Made by a program: the position numbers and the translations under genes. Source: a virus. Taken from it: DNA of 64,000 bases. Shown piece after piece: positions 18,867 through 27,230 of the stretch; position 1 is the stretch's first letter; the number at the start of each line of letters is the position of its first letter. Below the pieces are notes generated by a model that saw only the letters and a program-made list of their open reading frames with translations, had not been told where the DNA came from and made no database searches. The DNA is taken from positions 3,138 to 67,137 of the IMG/VR virus record IMGVR_UViG_3300037307_000543. The stretch is one strand, 5' to 3'.

Positions 18867-19160
18867 TTATTCTACGACTTCGACCGGTGTGCCAAGAGTT
18901 TCAGAAACTACTTCTTCAGTGGCCTGCTTCACGGTCTTCTCTATGAACTCATCGAAGGCGAGAAGCTCATCAAGCAACTCTTCTGTTGCGTCTTCTGGCG
19001 CTTTCTTAATCACTGAATACGCAGAAGCAAAGGCTCGTCCTTCGTCTTGATGCTTCTTGTAAGCGCTATTCCAAACATGAACCCACATTCGAGCTTTTTT
19101 TGCTGGAAGTTTCTGGACATTCTCCGGAAGAGAGGAAATATCATCAGGGTTATATGGCAT
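18867..19160 (-). CDS. ChaB-family protein
   Basis: MPYNPDDISSLPENVQKLP..ARMWVHVWNSAY..DEGRAFASAYSVIK fits the ChaB pattern. Confidence 0.8.
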   Translation of the reverse strand: MPYNPDDISSLPENVQKLPAKKARMWVHVWNSAYKKHQDEGRAFASAYSVIKKAPEDATEELLDELLAFDEFIEKTVKQATEEVVSETLGTPVEVVE

Positions 19161-20025
19161 CTGAGTTTCTCCTTCTTATGTTTTTAGCCCTTCCTCTAAA
19201 GTTTTCTTTCTTTATAGCGTCTTCAAAATACATGCCTCTAGCAATTCTATTCCGCAAGGTGCTATAGCTAAACCCAAAAAATCTTGCCCATTGTGCCAAG
19301 GTTTTCTTCATTCCATTGTATTCAATCCAGACATTATCTTTAGCATCATTAACTCCAAATATAGTATCAACGTCCTTAAAACTTCTTTTATCAATAGCTA
19401 TATCAAATGGAACTCCTATATTAATTCTATACCAAAGATTATGATATTTAATTCCATAAAACTCTGCCCACTGTGACAAAGTTCTCTTTTCTCCATTATG
19501 ATCTACAACAATATTTCTTCTAGTATTATTGCACTGAATTTTCCTATCTACAAATCTTACATTAGTAGGTTCATAGTTTCCATCATTATTTATTCTATCT
19601 ATAGTTAATCCTTTAGTATATCCAATAGAAATAGCATCCTCAATAAAGCTCTCTATTGTTTTCCATCGTTCACAAACTATTATACCCCTAGCGCCGTAAT
19701 CTCTATAATGATAATTATCACTATTAAAACATCTATTCATCATATTGTTCCACATTGGATATAATTCGTGATAAGAAAGGCCATGTTTTATCTTATTGTC
19801 TTTTCTTTTAGATACTTCTAATTTATAACATCCACATGACTTGGTACTTCCAGAAGTCAATTTACTAGGAATAACTTCTACTATGTTTCCACATTCACAA
19901 ATACACTTCACATAACTCACATTCCATCCATTTTTACGTTTCTTATATAAGAATTCAACAGGAATCAATCTTCCATATTTCTTATTCAATTCTATTTTAG
20001 ATTTTCTAATAGATTTGTAACTCAT
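19150..20025 (-). CDS. Free-standing HNH-family homing-endonuclease-like protein (paralog 1)
   Basis: YGRL, CICECG, KSCGC, YGARGIIVCERW, TIDRINNDGNYEPTN; visibly AT-rich. Confidence 0.8.
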   Translation of the reverse strand: MSYKSIRKSKIELNKKYGRLIPVEFLYKKRKNGWNVSYVKCICECGNIVEVIPSKLTSGSTKSCGCYKLEVSKRKDNKIKHGLSYHELYPMWNNMMNRCFNSDNYHYRDYGARGIIVCERWKTIESFIEDAISIGYTKGLTIDRINNDGNYEPTNVRFVDRKIQCNNTRRNIVVDHNGEKRTLSQWAEFYGIKYHNLWYRINIGVPFDIAIDKRSFKDVDTIFGVNDAKDNVWIEYNGMKKTLAQWARFFGFSYSTLRNRIARGMYFEDAIKKENFRGRAKNIRRRNSDAI

Positions 20026-20029
20026 GCTC

Positions 20030-20308
20030 TTAACCTCCCTTGTGTTTCTTTATTCTCCGAAATATAGTAGCTTTAGATACGTTTAACTCTTTTGCTATCT
20101 GGTCTGAAGTATAACCTTTCTCATATAGGTTTAATATTTCGTCAGTATTATCTTGTTTTACTTTGCTTACATCATAATCGAGATATCTCGTTAAATACCA
20201 TTTAACTGTTTGTTGGTGCATGTTGAAATGATTGCCTATTTTACGCAAACTCCATCCTTTTTGATGCAAGTTTTTCATTTCATCAACTGTTTTTATCGAA
20301 ATATTCAC
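20030..20308 (-). CDS. Tandem helix-turn-helix protein
   Basis: GWSLRKIGNHFNMHQQTV and GYTSDQIAKELNVSKATIFRRI. Confidence 0.75.
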   Translation of the reverse strand: MNISIKTVDEMKNLHQKGWSLRKIGNHFNMHQQTVKWYLTRYLDYDVSKVKQDNTDEILNLYEKGYTSDQIAKELNVSKATIFRRIKKHKGG

Positions 20309-20688
20309 TGAACTCTTCCAGAAACAAAATCTGCATTGTAAACGACAATGAATTCATCATGTCCATCAGGAACGGCCAACTCAACTCTCCCGTCTCCTTG
20401 AGACATAAGTTCTTCACGAGAAAAAGTCATCGATCCGAAGCGTGTTCTAGCAAGCATAGCGAGAATGACTTGACGATAGGCCGCAGCCTGGCCATCACTA
20501 ACAGAAGAATTCAATTGGCTTCTCAGAAAGCGGGCAAAAGCGATATCGGCCGAATCACCAAGCTCAGAAGAAAGGGTGCTGATCATGCCCACGAATACAC
20601 GAAGCAAAAGAAGACGCTCCTCGGGTGGGCGCTTCATAAGCTCCTGAGTCACTCCAGCAATTTCTACCATTTCCTTCGGAAGTACCAT
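20305..20688 (-). CDS. Hypothetical protein
   Basis: ORF coupled to its neighbours. Confidence 0.6.
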   Translation of the reverse strand: MVLPKEMVEIAGVTQELMKRPPEERLLLLRVFVGMISTLSSELGDSADIAFARFLRSQLNSSVSDGQAAAYRQVILAMLARTRFGSMTFSREELMSQGDGRVELAVPDGHDEFIVVYNADFVSGRVQ

Positions 20689-20700
20689 TTACTAATCTTT

Positions 20701-21768
20701 CTACAAGATAGCCAGCTCTGGCATATCATAAAACGCCAACGCCAATGCGTCTGCCCCGTCCGGAGATTCTCCAAGTTCTTTCTTGATCGTAAGTTTATCC
20801 ACTATCCTATAAAGCCCCCCATCTGAACTCGGTTTGAACTTAGTGTACGCAACCTGTTTAGCAAGCCTTTTATCGCTCGGCAATGAAATCATTCCTTCTC
20901 TGAACCGCTCCTGAAGGACAAAATACATCTCGGCACGTTGGTTAAGACATCTCAGCGAAGGATTTCTCGGACGCTCGTTAAAGGCTACACGAGTAAGGGT
21001 TACTTCTCGATCCATTTCAATTTCTTCTAACCTGGAAGCTATAGCTACACCAAGCCCTCCGGTTCTATCCAGCACGCACTCCTCTACTCCATACTCCTCA
21101 AATGCTCTGCACATAAGACCAACAACTTCCATCGGATCTCTATTAGGGTGCCACTGAACGTCAACCACATGAGGACCATGCCTGATCACAAAACAAGACG
21201 CGTCTCCGGCTCCAGTCCCAAAATCCGCTCCCATAACGACTTTGGTATCATCCATGAGAAGCTCTGGAAAGTCATTAAGAAAAATCGGCTCACATGTCCT
21301 TCCCCTGCGCTCAAGTGGATCTTCCTCATCCCATTCCTCTTCGCTATCTAAAAGCTCGTTAGGATTGATGCCATCGAATTTTCCAGAGCTTGTGTCATCG
21401 TCAAACTCAAGATCTTTGATACTGATCTTATCAACTATCATTGGCTCCGCTTCTTCAGCAGTTAGCGGAGCGTACTTCTTGTTGATCTCTTCCGCATCAT
21501 AGTACGAAAAATCCGAAGCCTTCTTAAGTTCTTCCTTAATTACATCAATATCCCACTCTGGAGCGGAGAAATCCTCACACGCGGCACGCATGAGATCAAT
21601 CGTTTCGTTAATAAGCTCTTTCTTTTTCTTAAAAAGAATCTTGGATTTCTCGGCGCTGTAAAGCTGATCAGCGATTGTTCTCAGTCTGGGAGCCTGCTCG
21701 GCATCGTAGGAAATCTTTGAAAGGAACAACAGAACAAGCTGAGTAAAGGTAAGTGGCTTATCAGACAA
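20701..21768 (-). CDS. terL: Terminase large subunit, stand-alone nuclease (RNase H-like) domain with N-terminal extension
   Basis: VMGADFGTGAGDASCFVIRHG, VLDRTGGLGVAIASRL, NQRAEMYF, IKKELGESPDGADALALAF. Confidence 0.88.
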   Translation of the reverse strand: MSDKPLTFTQLVLLFLSKISYDAEQAPRLRTIADQLYSAEKSKILFKKKKELINETIDLMRAACEDFSAPEWDIDVIKEELKKASDFSYYDAEEINKKYAPLTAEEAEPMIVDKISIKDLEFDDDTSSGKFDGINPNELLDSEEEWDEEDPLERRGRTCEPIFLNDFPELLMDDTKVVMGADFGTGAGDASCFVIRHGPHVVDVQWHPNRDPMEVVGLMCRAFEEYGVEECVLDRTGGLGVAIASRLEEIEMDREVTLTRVAFNERPRNPSLRCLNQRAEMYFVLQERFREGMISLPSDKRLAKQVAYTKFKPSSDGGLYRIVDKLTIKKELGESPDGADALALAFYDMPELAIL

Positions 21769-22335
21769 TTATTGAGCCTCGAACAGAGAAATCACTCGCA
21801 CCTTGCGATTCGTTCCACAATGAAGGCCAATCGTGCCTCTCAGTTTCCAGTCCGCTTTCCTGAAGATAGGAACGATCAGATCAAGCCACACGAGAAAACC
21901 TCCAGGCTTACAAACCGCGCGAGCTTCTCTTAGCACAATTCTCTTGTTTGGCAAGGGATAACCGTACTTCTCCGCATCAGCTTTCGAGTACGGCGGATCA
22001 GCAATAATGAGATCAAACGAATCGGGCGCAAAATACTCAGAAAGACTCTCTGCACAACCAACGAAATCTGGACGAAGGTCAAGATTAATATCAAACGTAA
22101 CTTCATCTTTCTCCTTCTCAACTACTCCGCTGAATAAGTGCAAAACAGATTCTGCTTTGGGAAACAGCGCTCTGATTCGTTTCAAATATGATGGAGGATA
22201 TTCTCCATGGAAATCATATTTGCGTTTATAGTAATTCCCCACCCACCAGTAGCCAGCAATAACTCCTTTATCATCAATTAAGCATTTTGGGTAATTCGGA
22301 AAAGTCTTACAATAATTATTGATATCAATCATCAA
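21769..22335 (-). CDS. Orphan amino-(N6A/N4C) DNA methyltransferase
   Basis: VLHLFSG SAM-binding motif and DLIIADPPY. Confidence 0.75.
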   Translation of the reverse strand: MMIDINNYCKTFPNYPKCLIDDKGVIAGYWWVGNYYKRKYDFHGEYPPSYLKRIRALFPKAESVLHLFSGVVEKEKDEVTFDINLDLRPDFVGCAESLSEYFAPDSFDLIIADPPYSKADAEKYGYPLPNKRIVLREARAVCKPGGFLVWLDLIVPIFRKADWKLRGTIGLHCGTNRKVRVISLFEAQ

Positions 22336-22583
22336 TGACTCCCGAGAATATTCTTGCTCACGAACATTGAAATGTGCCCGCAGCTAGGGCATACGCGAAA
22401 AAAGACCGACTTGCTTTCAACATCCGCAAGCACATCAAAGTCGTACGTCTTCTCGAATACCTCATGAAGAATGTTTCTCCGCTCAGTAACGAGCTTCCTG
22501 AACTCCACAACCGGGATCAGCACTCCATAGTTGTAGAGATCGACTCCTTCGTTGATCTCGCCGCTACAGCACGGACATTTCAT
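22332..22583 (-). CDS. Small zinc-ribbon protein
   Basis: CPCC...CPSCG. Confidence 0.55.
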   Translation of the reverse strand: MKCPCCSGEINEGVDLYNYGVLIPVVEFRKLVTERRNILHEVFEKTYDFDVLADVESKSVFFRVCPSCGHISMFVSKNILGSH

Positions 22584-22586
22584 CTC

Positions 22587-22790
22587 TCATTCTCCAGGAT
22601 GCGGTTCATAGGGGTCAAGCCGCCCGCCCATTTTCTCCAATAACTCAAGTTTCCTTCTCTCGATGTCTCGTTCAATATTAATTTGTTCCAGTTCTCTAGC
22701 GCTCCACCTCTCGTACTCTTCCGGACACAGGCCCTTCAGAAGATGGAGTAATATTCTCTCTATCCTGCTCAACCTTTCTCTATCGTTCAT
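22587..22790 (-). CDS. Hypothetical protein
   Basis: ORF with a GAGG ribosome-binding site. Confidence 0.55.
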   Translation of the reverse strand: MNDRERLSRIERILLHLLKGLCPEEYERWSARELEQINIERDIERRKLELLEKMGGRLDPYEPHPGE

Positions 22791-22803
22791 GATTTCCTCT
22801 TTT

Positions 22804-22835
22804 AGGTCATGAAGCTAAAAATAGCTTCATGACCT
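22804..22835. repeat. Dispersed palindrome copy 2
   Basis: AGGTCATGAAGCTA-AAAA-TAGCTTCATGACCT. Confidence 0.85.
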
Positions 22836-23000
22836 TCCAAAATTGGCCCGCCAGCAATTCCAACCTGAATAACCGTCCTCTGTAGCGAGTCTGGTGCGTC
22901 CTTGGTTGTTCCCTTCTGCAAACCAGCAGCGGGCCGTATTGTAGATTTTTTCATAGGTCTCAATCGCTTCATTTAATATACCTATTAAAGATATAGAAAC

Positions 23001-23681
23001 CTATTTCATATCTGAAGAATATAAAAATATCTGCTTATGTCTAACTTGTTTACTATTTCTAAAAATTTCAGCCATCTCGCTTATAGAGCGCCCCTTTCTA
23101 AAATGATACGATATTATACAACCAGATACTCCAAAAAATTTTGCCCAATCCTTAAGAATCATGCTGTTCCCTTCATGCTCTATCCAAAAATTGGTTCTTC
23201 TGTTTCTGGCCTGTTCTTTTGAAGTCGCCCATTTGCAATTTCCTGGAGAGTAATATCCGTTGTTATCTATTCTTTCTATCGACATTCCTTTTGGACATGG
23301 CCCCATGTCCTCATAAAAATTTTCAAATGACTTAAGCCAACGATCACAGACCTTAATGCCCCTTGCACCATAGTGACCATAGTATTTGCTATTTTCATTA
23401 TAACATCTCTTGATCATAGAAGACCACACATTATATTCTTTAGTAGTTAAGTTATCTCTAGCATGACCGTGTTTATAATTGACTTTTGCACAAATTTTAG
23501 ACGCAATCTCTTTATGCAAGCACCCACAGCTTTGCGTATAGCCAGCTACCAAATTTCCTCCATAAACAACCTTTTCCGTGCCACAAACACACTTGCACAA
23601 CCAACGACCAGATCCGCTATAAGAAAGAACTAGCAATCTTCCAAATCTTTTACCATTTAAGTCAATGAGTTTTGCCATCAA
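23001..23681 (-). CDS. HNH-family homing-endonuclease-like protein (paralog 2)
   Basis: FGRLLV, CKCVCG, SCGC, YGARGIKVCDRW, SIERIDNNGYYSPGNCKWAT. Confidence 0.8.
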   Translation of the reverse strand: MMAKLIDLNGKRFGRLLVLSYSGSGRWLCKCVCGTEKVVYGGNLVAGYTQSCGCLHKEIASKICAKVNYKHGHARDNLTTKEYNVWSSMIKRCYNENSKYYGHYGARGIKVCDRWLKSFENFYEDMGPCPKGMSIERIDNNGYYSPGNCKWATSKEQARNRRTNFWIEHEGNSMILKDWAKFFGVSGCIISYHFRKGRSISEMAEIFRNSKQVRHKQIFLYSSDMK

Positions 23682-24358
23682 TATCCTCTATCTTCATTCA
23701 TTTCGGTACTGACTCGTCCATTTTGCCATATTCCCTCATACAAATCATTTTCTATACCAGACAAATAGAAGAAGGCAACAGAAGCTATTCTTGCTCTTCT
23801 CTCAATAAAAACTGGCACAGAAGACGCGTTCGACAATCCAAAAGTAAGAATTCCAGAAAAATTTGGATGAACACTGCTCGTTATTAAATTTAAGCCACAT
23901 CTAAAAAGAGTTGTTCTTGAAGACACAAAGGCCCTTATCATAGAGGGAATGCTCAACACCTCAACAGTGGTAACTAAAAAATATTTCATAGGAAATATCG
24001 CATATCCAACTTTTCCATCTTCAGTCTGCATTAAATCGCACTTCCTAATTTCAGGAGTCCTCCTCTTCTCAATTCCAATCAGAGCAGGAACAATAAAACC
24101 TTGTTGAGCTATCTGATTTCGATCCAAAGATGGATTCAAAATCTTGGTAACGGTGGGAAATGGTTCATAACACTCATCAAGCCTCAGATCAAAGCTTCCA
24201 CCCTCTATGAAGTCCACATCAGGAGCATCGACAAGATTTCCATCATTGTCATAGATCCCAACAAGCGGCTTGAGAGACTCGATTCCCTTTTCGTCTCTAA
24301 TAATTACTCCATCGCGGATATAGCTTCTGATCTGATCGCTGGTAAGGCTAGTCATCAC
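23678..24358 (-). CDS. dcd: dCTP deaminase (trimeric dUTPase/dCTP deaminase fold)
   Basis: GSFDLRL, LVTTVEVLSIP, SSRTTLFRCGL, VHPNFSGILTFGLSN, RIASVAF. Confidence 0.8.
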   Translation of the reverse strand: MMTSLTSDQIRSYIRDGVIIRDEKGIESLKPLVGIYDNDGNLVDAPDVDFIEGGSFDLRLDECYEPFPTVTKILNPSLDRNQIAQQGFIVPALIGIEKRRTPEIRKCDLMQTEDGKVGYAIFPMKYFLVTTVEVLSIPSMIRAFVSSRTTLFRCGLNLITSSVHPNFSGILTFGLSNASSVPVFIERRARIASVAFFYLSGIENDLYEGIWQNGRVSTEMNEDRGY

Positions 24359-24528
24359 AAAATCTCCTCATCCAAATCAGCCTCATCGTGAATCCTCCTC
24401 ATCATGATACCCACAACCCCAACAGACGCAGAAAGAGTAAGAATCGCGGCAGTTAGTTTCTTTGCGTCATCATTATTAAATATGAATCTATCAAGATACG
24501 CCATATAAGCCTCAAATGATTCATCCAT
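24355..24528 (-). CDS. Small hypothetical protein (57 aa)
   Basis: Manual translation MDESFEAYMAYLDRF...; AGGAG ribosome-binding site; overlaps the dcd start. Confidence 0.5.
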   Translation of the reverse strand: MDESFEAYMAYLDRFIFNNDDAKKLTAAILTLSASVGVVGIMMRRIHDEADLDEEIL

Positions 24529-24625
24529 TTTCTCTCCTTTTAGTTTGGGCGGGCCGAAGCCCGCCCTTCCAGAGAAGCGTAAAACCCGGTGTAAAATAAG
24601 TGCCCTTTATAGCAAGGGGACTGTT

Positions 24626-25276
24626 CTATAGTCCTTCACCATTCCACTTTACCCGTTTACTGTTCCGAAAGATCTCGACTATCTCATCGAAAGAGTGGCC
24701 TTTTTTGAGATGATAGCAAACAGAACTTATATTCACTTGAAAAAGCCTTACCCAATCTTCAAGAATCATTTTCTTTCCACCATAGGAAAACCAATGATTT
24801 CTTCTCGTGTTTCGATTTTGCTCATAATTGGTTGCCCATTTGCAATTTCCTGGGGAGTAATATCCGTTGTTATCTATTCTTTCTATCGACATTTCTTTTG
24901 GACGTGGCCCCATATCTTCGTAGAAGTTTTCAAATGACTTAAGCCAATGATCGCAAACCTTGATGCCTCTTGCACCGTAAATACGATATTTATTATTGTT
25001 CTTATTATAACATCGGTCTTTTATTCCTACATAAGTGCTATATTCCCTACTCTTATAAAGTCCATGTTTAATTCTTATAGGAGACTTGTTTTCTGCTTTT
25101 AAGCAACCACACGACTTGGTTTCTCCTCTTATAAGCTGATCGCGACGAACAATTGTCATGCCCCCGCAATCACACTTGCAAACCCAAAACGAATGGCCAC
25201 GTTTGTTACTACCGCGATACGATAGAACAATTAAGCGACCAAATCTCTTTTCGACCAAATCAATCAATCTTGACAT
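24626..25276 (-). CDS. HNH-family homing-endonuclease-like protein (paralog 3)
   Basis: Same motif set as paralog 2; shares a 143-bp near-identical DNA block with it. Confidence 0.8.
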   Translation of the reverse strand: MSRLIDLVEKRFGRLIVLSYRGSNKRGHSFWVCKCDCGGMTIVRRDQLIRGETKSCGCLKAENKSPIRIKHGLYKSREYSTYVGIKDRCYNKNNNKYRIYGARGIKVCDHWLKSFENFYEDMGPRPKEMSIERIDNNGYYSPGNCKWATNYEQNRNTRRNHWFSYGGKKMILEDWVRLFQVNISSVCYHLKKGHSFDEIVEIFRNSKRVKWNGEGL

Positions 25277-25327
25277 ATCATTTTTTATCTAGGAGGACAG
25301 ACTCACTCCATCCTCCTCGATACCTCA

Positions 25328-27073
25328 TCAGAACTCCACCAGCACCGAGCCCTGCAAGCCAAAGATGGTTGACAGATCTCTATTCGGATCTATCCTCACT
25401 CCTTCACCCTGGCCCGTAGAAAGCGGATTCGGAATCGTGTTGAGAGTAGAGAGATCCTGAAACGCGTGTTTGAACCATTGCCCAGGCTTCCACCATTCCA
25501 TCCTCATTCCGAACGTAAGCGCCTCCAAAAGCTTCCACTGAAGACCACAGCCGATGGAGTTACCAAGAAAGTTATCGGCTACGACTGGAGCAATTGTCGG
25601 CGCAGAAGAAATCCCGCCCCCATACTGGCCCCATATCGTAGAGTTATTGGAAGCCCTTCTCGAATAGAGAAACGTACCAAAAAGGTTCAAGTTCGACGCT
25701 ATGGCATAATCCAATCTGATCCCAAGCCCAAGATAATCATAAAAGACTGGATAACCAGAAGCGTTATAGCTGTTGTTTCCCGTACCAAAAAACGGTAAAA
25801 CAAAGGCATAAGGATCTACCGCCTGCCATCTGTTGCCAGAAACGGTGTAAAGCTGAAACTTATCATCTACCGGCCTTCCCGTAGAAGTTCCCGTAGCGGC
25901 CGCGAAGTTAAGGGTTCCGTTCGACGTTTGATGCCCAGAAGAGTAAAAGTGAACAAGTGTCGTCTTCAACGGCCCCGCTATCGTCCCCATTTCAACCATC
26001 CACGCGAGAGGTGTACCCGAAATCTGCCTCCCTCCCGTGCGAACAACCGAAATCTTCTGATAGCCAAATTCTCCGTTGAAAAAGAACCCGCCCCTCATGT
26101 ACTTGAGATACGCAGAGAGAGTATGGAAAAAGATGTCACTGTGAATTGGAAAATTCTGTAAATCGGTTCCGTCGCTTCCAGCCCCGCCAGAAATAACTCC
26201 CTCACTAAGCATGGCAAAAGCCGCACCGTTCACATCATCACGCAGGGTCCACGTCGTGAACGGTGTTGCATGTACTCCTCTCCATGCTTGACTGCGAGCA
26301 AGAAACCCAATATCGGCAGACCCATCTCTGTAAATAAGGCCAGCGTACACGTCAAGCTGCTTCTGCTCGGTCCTATCAAATGTAGAAGCAACGGTTAACG
26401 GAGTCCTATCCTTATTCCTTGTATCACCGCGAGAGGAAAATTCTCCCGTATCGGAGAGTACGACAGCAGTCAAAAAGGAAAGAGGACCATAGGGAACCAC
26501 AAGCCGCACAAAATCTGCCCTGTAGTCTCCAATGGTCCATCCAAGGCCGAACTGAAAAGGTGTTCGCCCAATAGAAATCTTCCCCCACGGAATATCCGCA
26601 TCTACCCAGAGCGACCTGACCCCAGGAACCGCGATAGCATTCTCAGGTTCAAGAGTGCGAGAAGAAAGGCGAATATAGCCAGCATACGGCTGTGTATTAA
26701 GCCAGTTGCTACCGCCCACATACTGCCCATTAAGGTCTCCAGAAAAGCCAACTTCGCTATTGACCCTCACGGCCTGATTCACAATAAATTTTGGCCACAA
26801 GACAAGGCGTTGAATCCAAAAAGATCCGTCACTTCCTTTGGAACTCAATCCTTCCGTAAGGAGCACGCCATTAACCGGCCCAGGGAAGCCTATCGTAGTT
26901 TGACCGCTCCCAATCGAACTTTGGGCTGTATCAATATTCCCAAAGAGACTGTTTTTCCCAATTTGGGAAAAGTAAACGTATTTGTTCTCGTATATAACGG
27001 GAACATCGAAAGAAAACGCCATTGCACTTGTCGTCACACAAAGCGCAAGAAACAGAAACAGAAGCTTTTTCAT
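25328..27073 (-). CDS. Outer-membrane beta-barrel (porin-like) protein
   Basis: Sec signal peptide MKKLLFLFLALCVTTSAMA, alternating hydrophobic strands rich in aromatic residues and Gly, C-terminal ...GSVLVEF. Confidence 0.75.
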   Translation of the reverse strand: MKKLLFLFLALCVTTSAMAFSFDVPVIYENKYVYFSQIGKNSLFGNIDTAQSSIGSGQTTIGFPGPVNGVLLTEGLSSKGSDGSFWIQRLVLWPKFIVNQAVRVNSEVGFSGDLNGQYVGGSNWLNTQPYAGYIRLSSRTLEPENAIAVPGVRSLWVDADIPWGKISIGRTPFQFGLGWTIGDYRADFVRLVVPYGPLSFLTAVVLSDTGEFSSRGDTRNKDRTPLTVASTFDRTEQKQLDVYAGLIYRDGSADIGFLARSQAWRGVHATPFTTWTLRDDVNGAAFAMLSEGVISGGAGSDGTDLQNFPIHSDIFFHTLSAYLKYMRGGFFFNGEFGYQKISVVRTGGRQISGTPLAWMVEMGTIAGPLKTTLVHFYSSGHQTSNGTLNFAAATGTSTGRPVDDKFQLYTVSGNRWQAVDPYAFVLPFFGTGNNSYNASGYPVFYDYLGLGIRLDYAIASNLNLFGTFLYSRRASNNSTIWGQYGGGISSAPTIAPVVADNFLGNSIGCGLQWKLLEALTFGMRMEWWKPGQWFKHAFQDLSTLNTIPNPLSTGQGEGVRIDPNRDLSTIFGLQGSVLVEF

Positions 27074-27145
27074 CTATTCCTCCTTAAAAACACACACTAC
27101 CTTTTTCTCAGAAGGCTGCTGGAGCGAGCGTTCATTGATTTTGGC

Positions 27146-27230
27146 CTGAAGCTTTACAATTGCCTTTGAGCCTCTCAACACCTAAAGGTGAAAGATTCCG
27201 GACTTGATTATGCCGCCACATAATCAACCT
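27146..27230 (-). ncRNA. IS200/IS605 right end; 3' part of the omega-RNA plus predicted guide
   Basis: GGAATC-TTTCACCTTTAGGTG-TTGAGAGGC-TCAA matches the typical tnpB right-end layout, ending at 27166. Guide would be AGGCAATTGTAAAGCTTCAG (27165-27146). The 5' boundary is unknown. Confidence 0.65.

Noticed and set aside
20030-20308. Terminase small subunit
   Set aside because: Only generic helix-turn-helix motifs; it lies downstream of the nuclease half, is AT-rich like the adjacent HNH gene, and lacks an obvious oligomerisation region.
24546-24566. Terminator (GGGCGGGC-TTCG-GCCCGCCC on the minus strand)
   Set aside because: No U-tract follows in the direction of transcription; it sits just before a ribosome-binding site and is more likely a stabilising hairpin.
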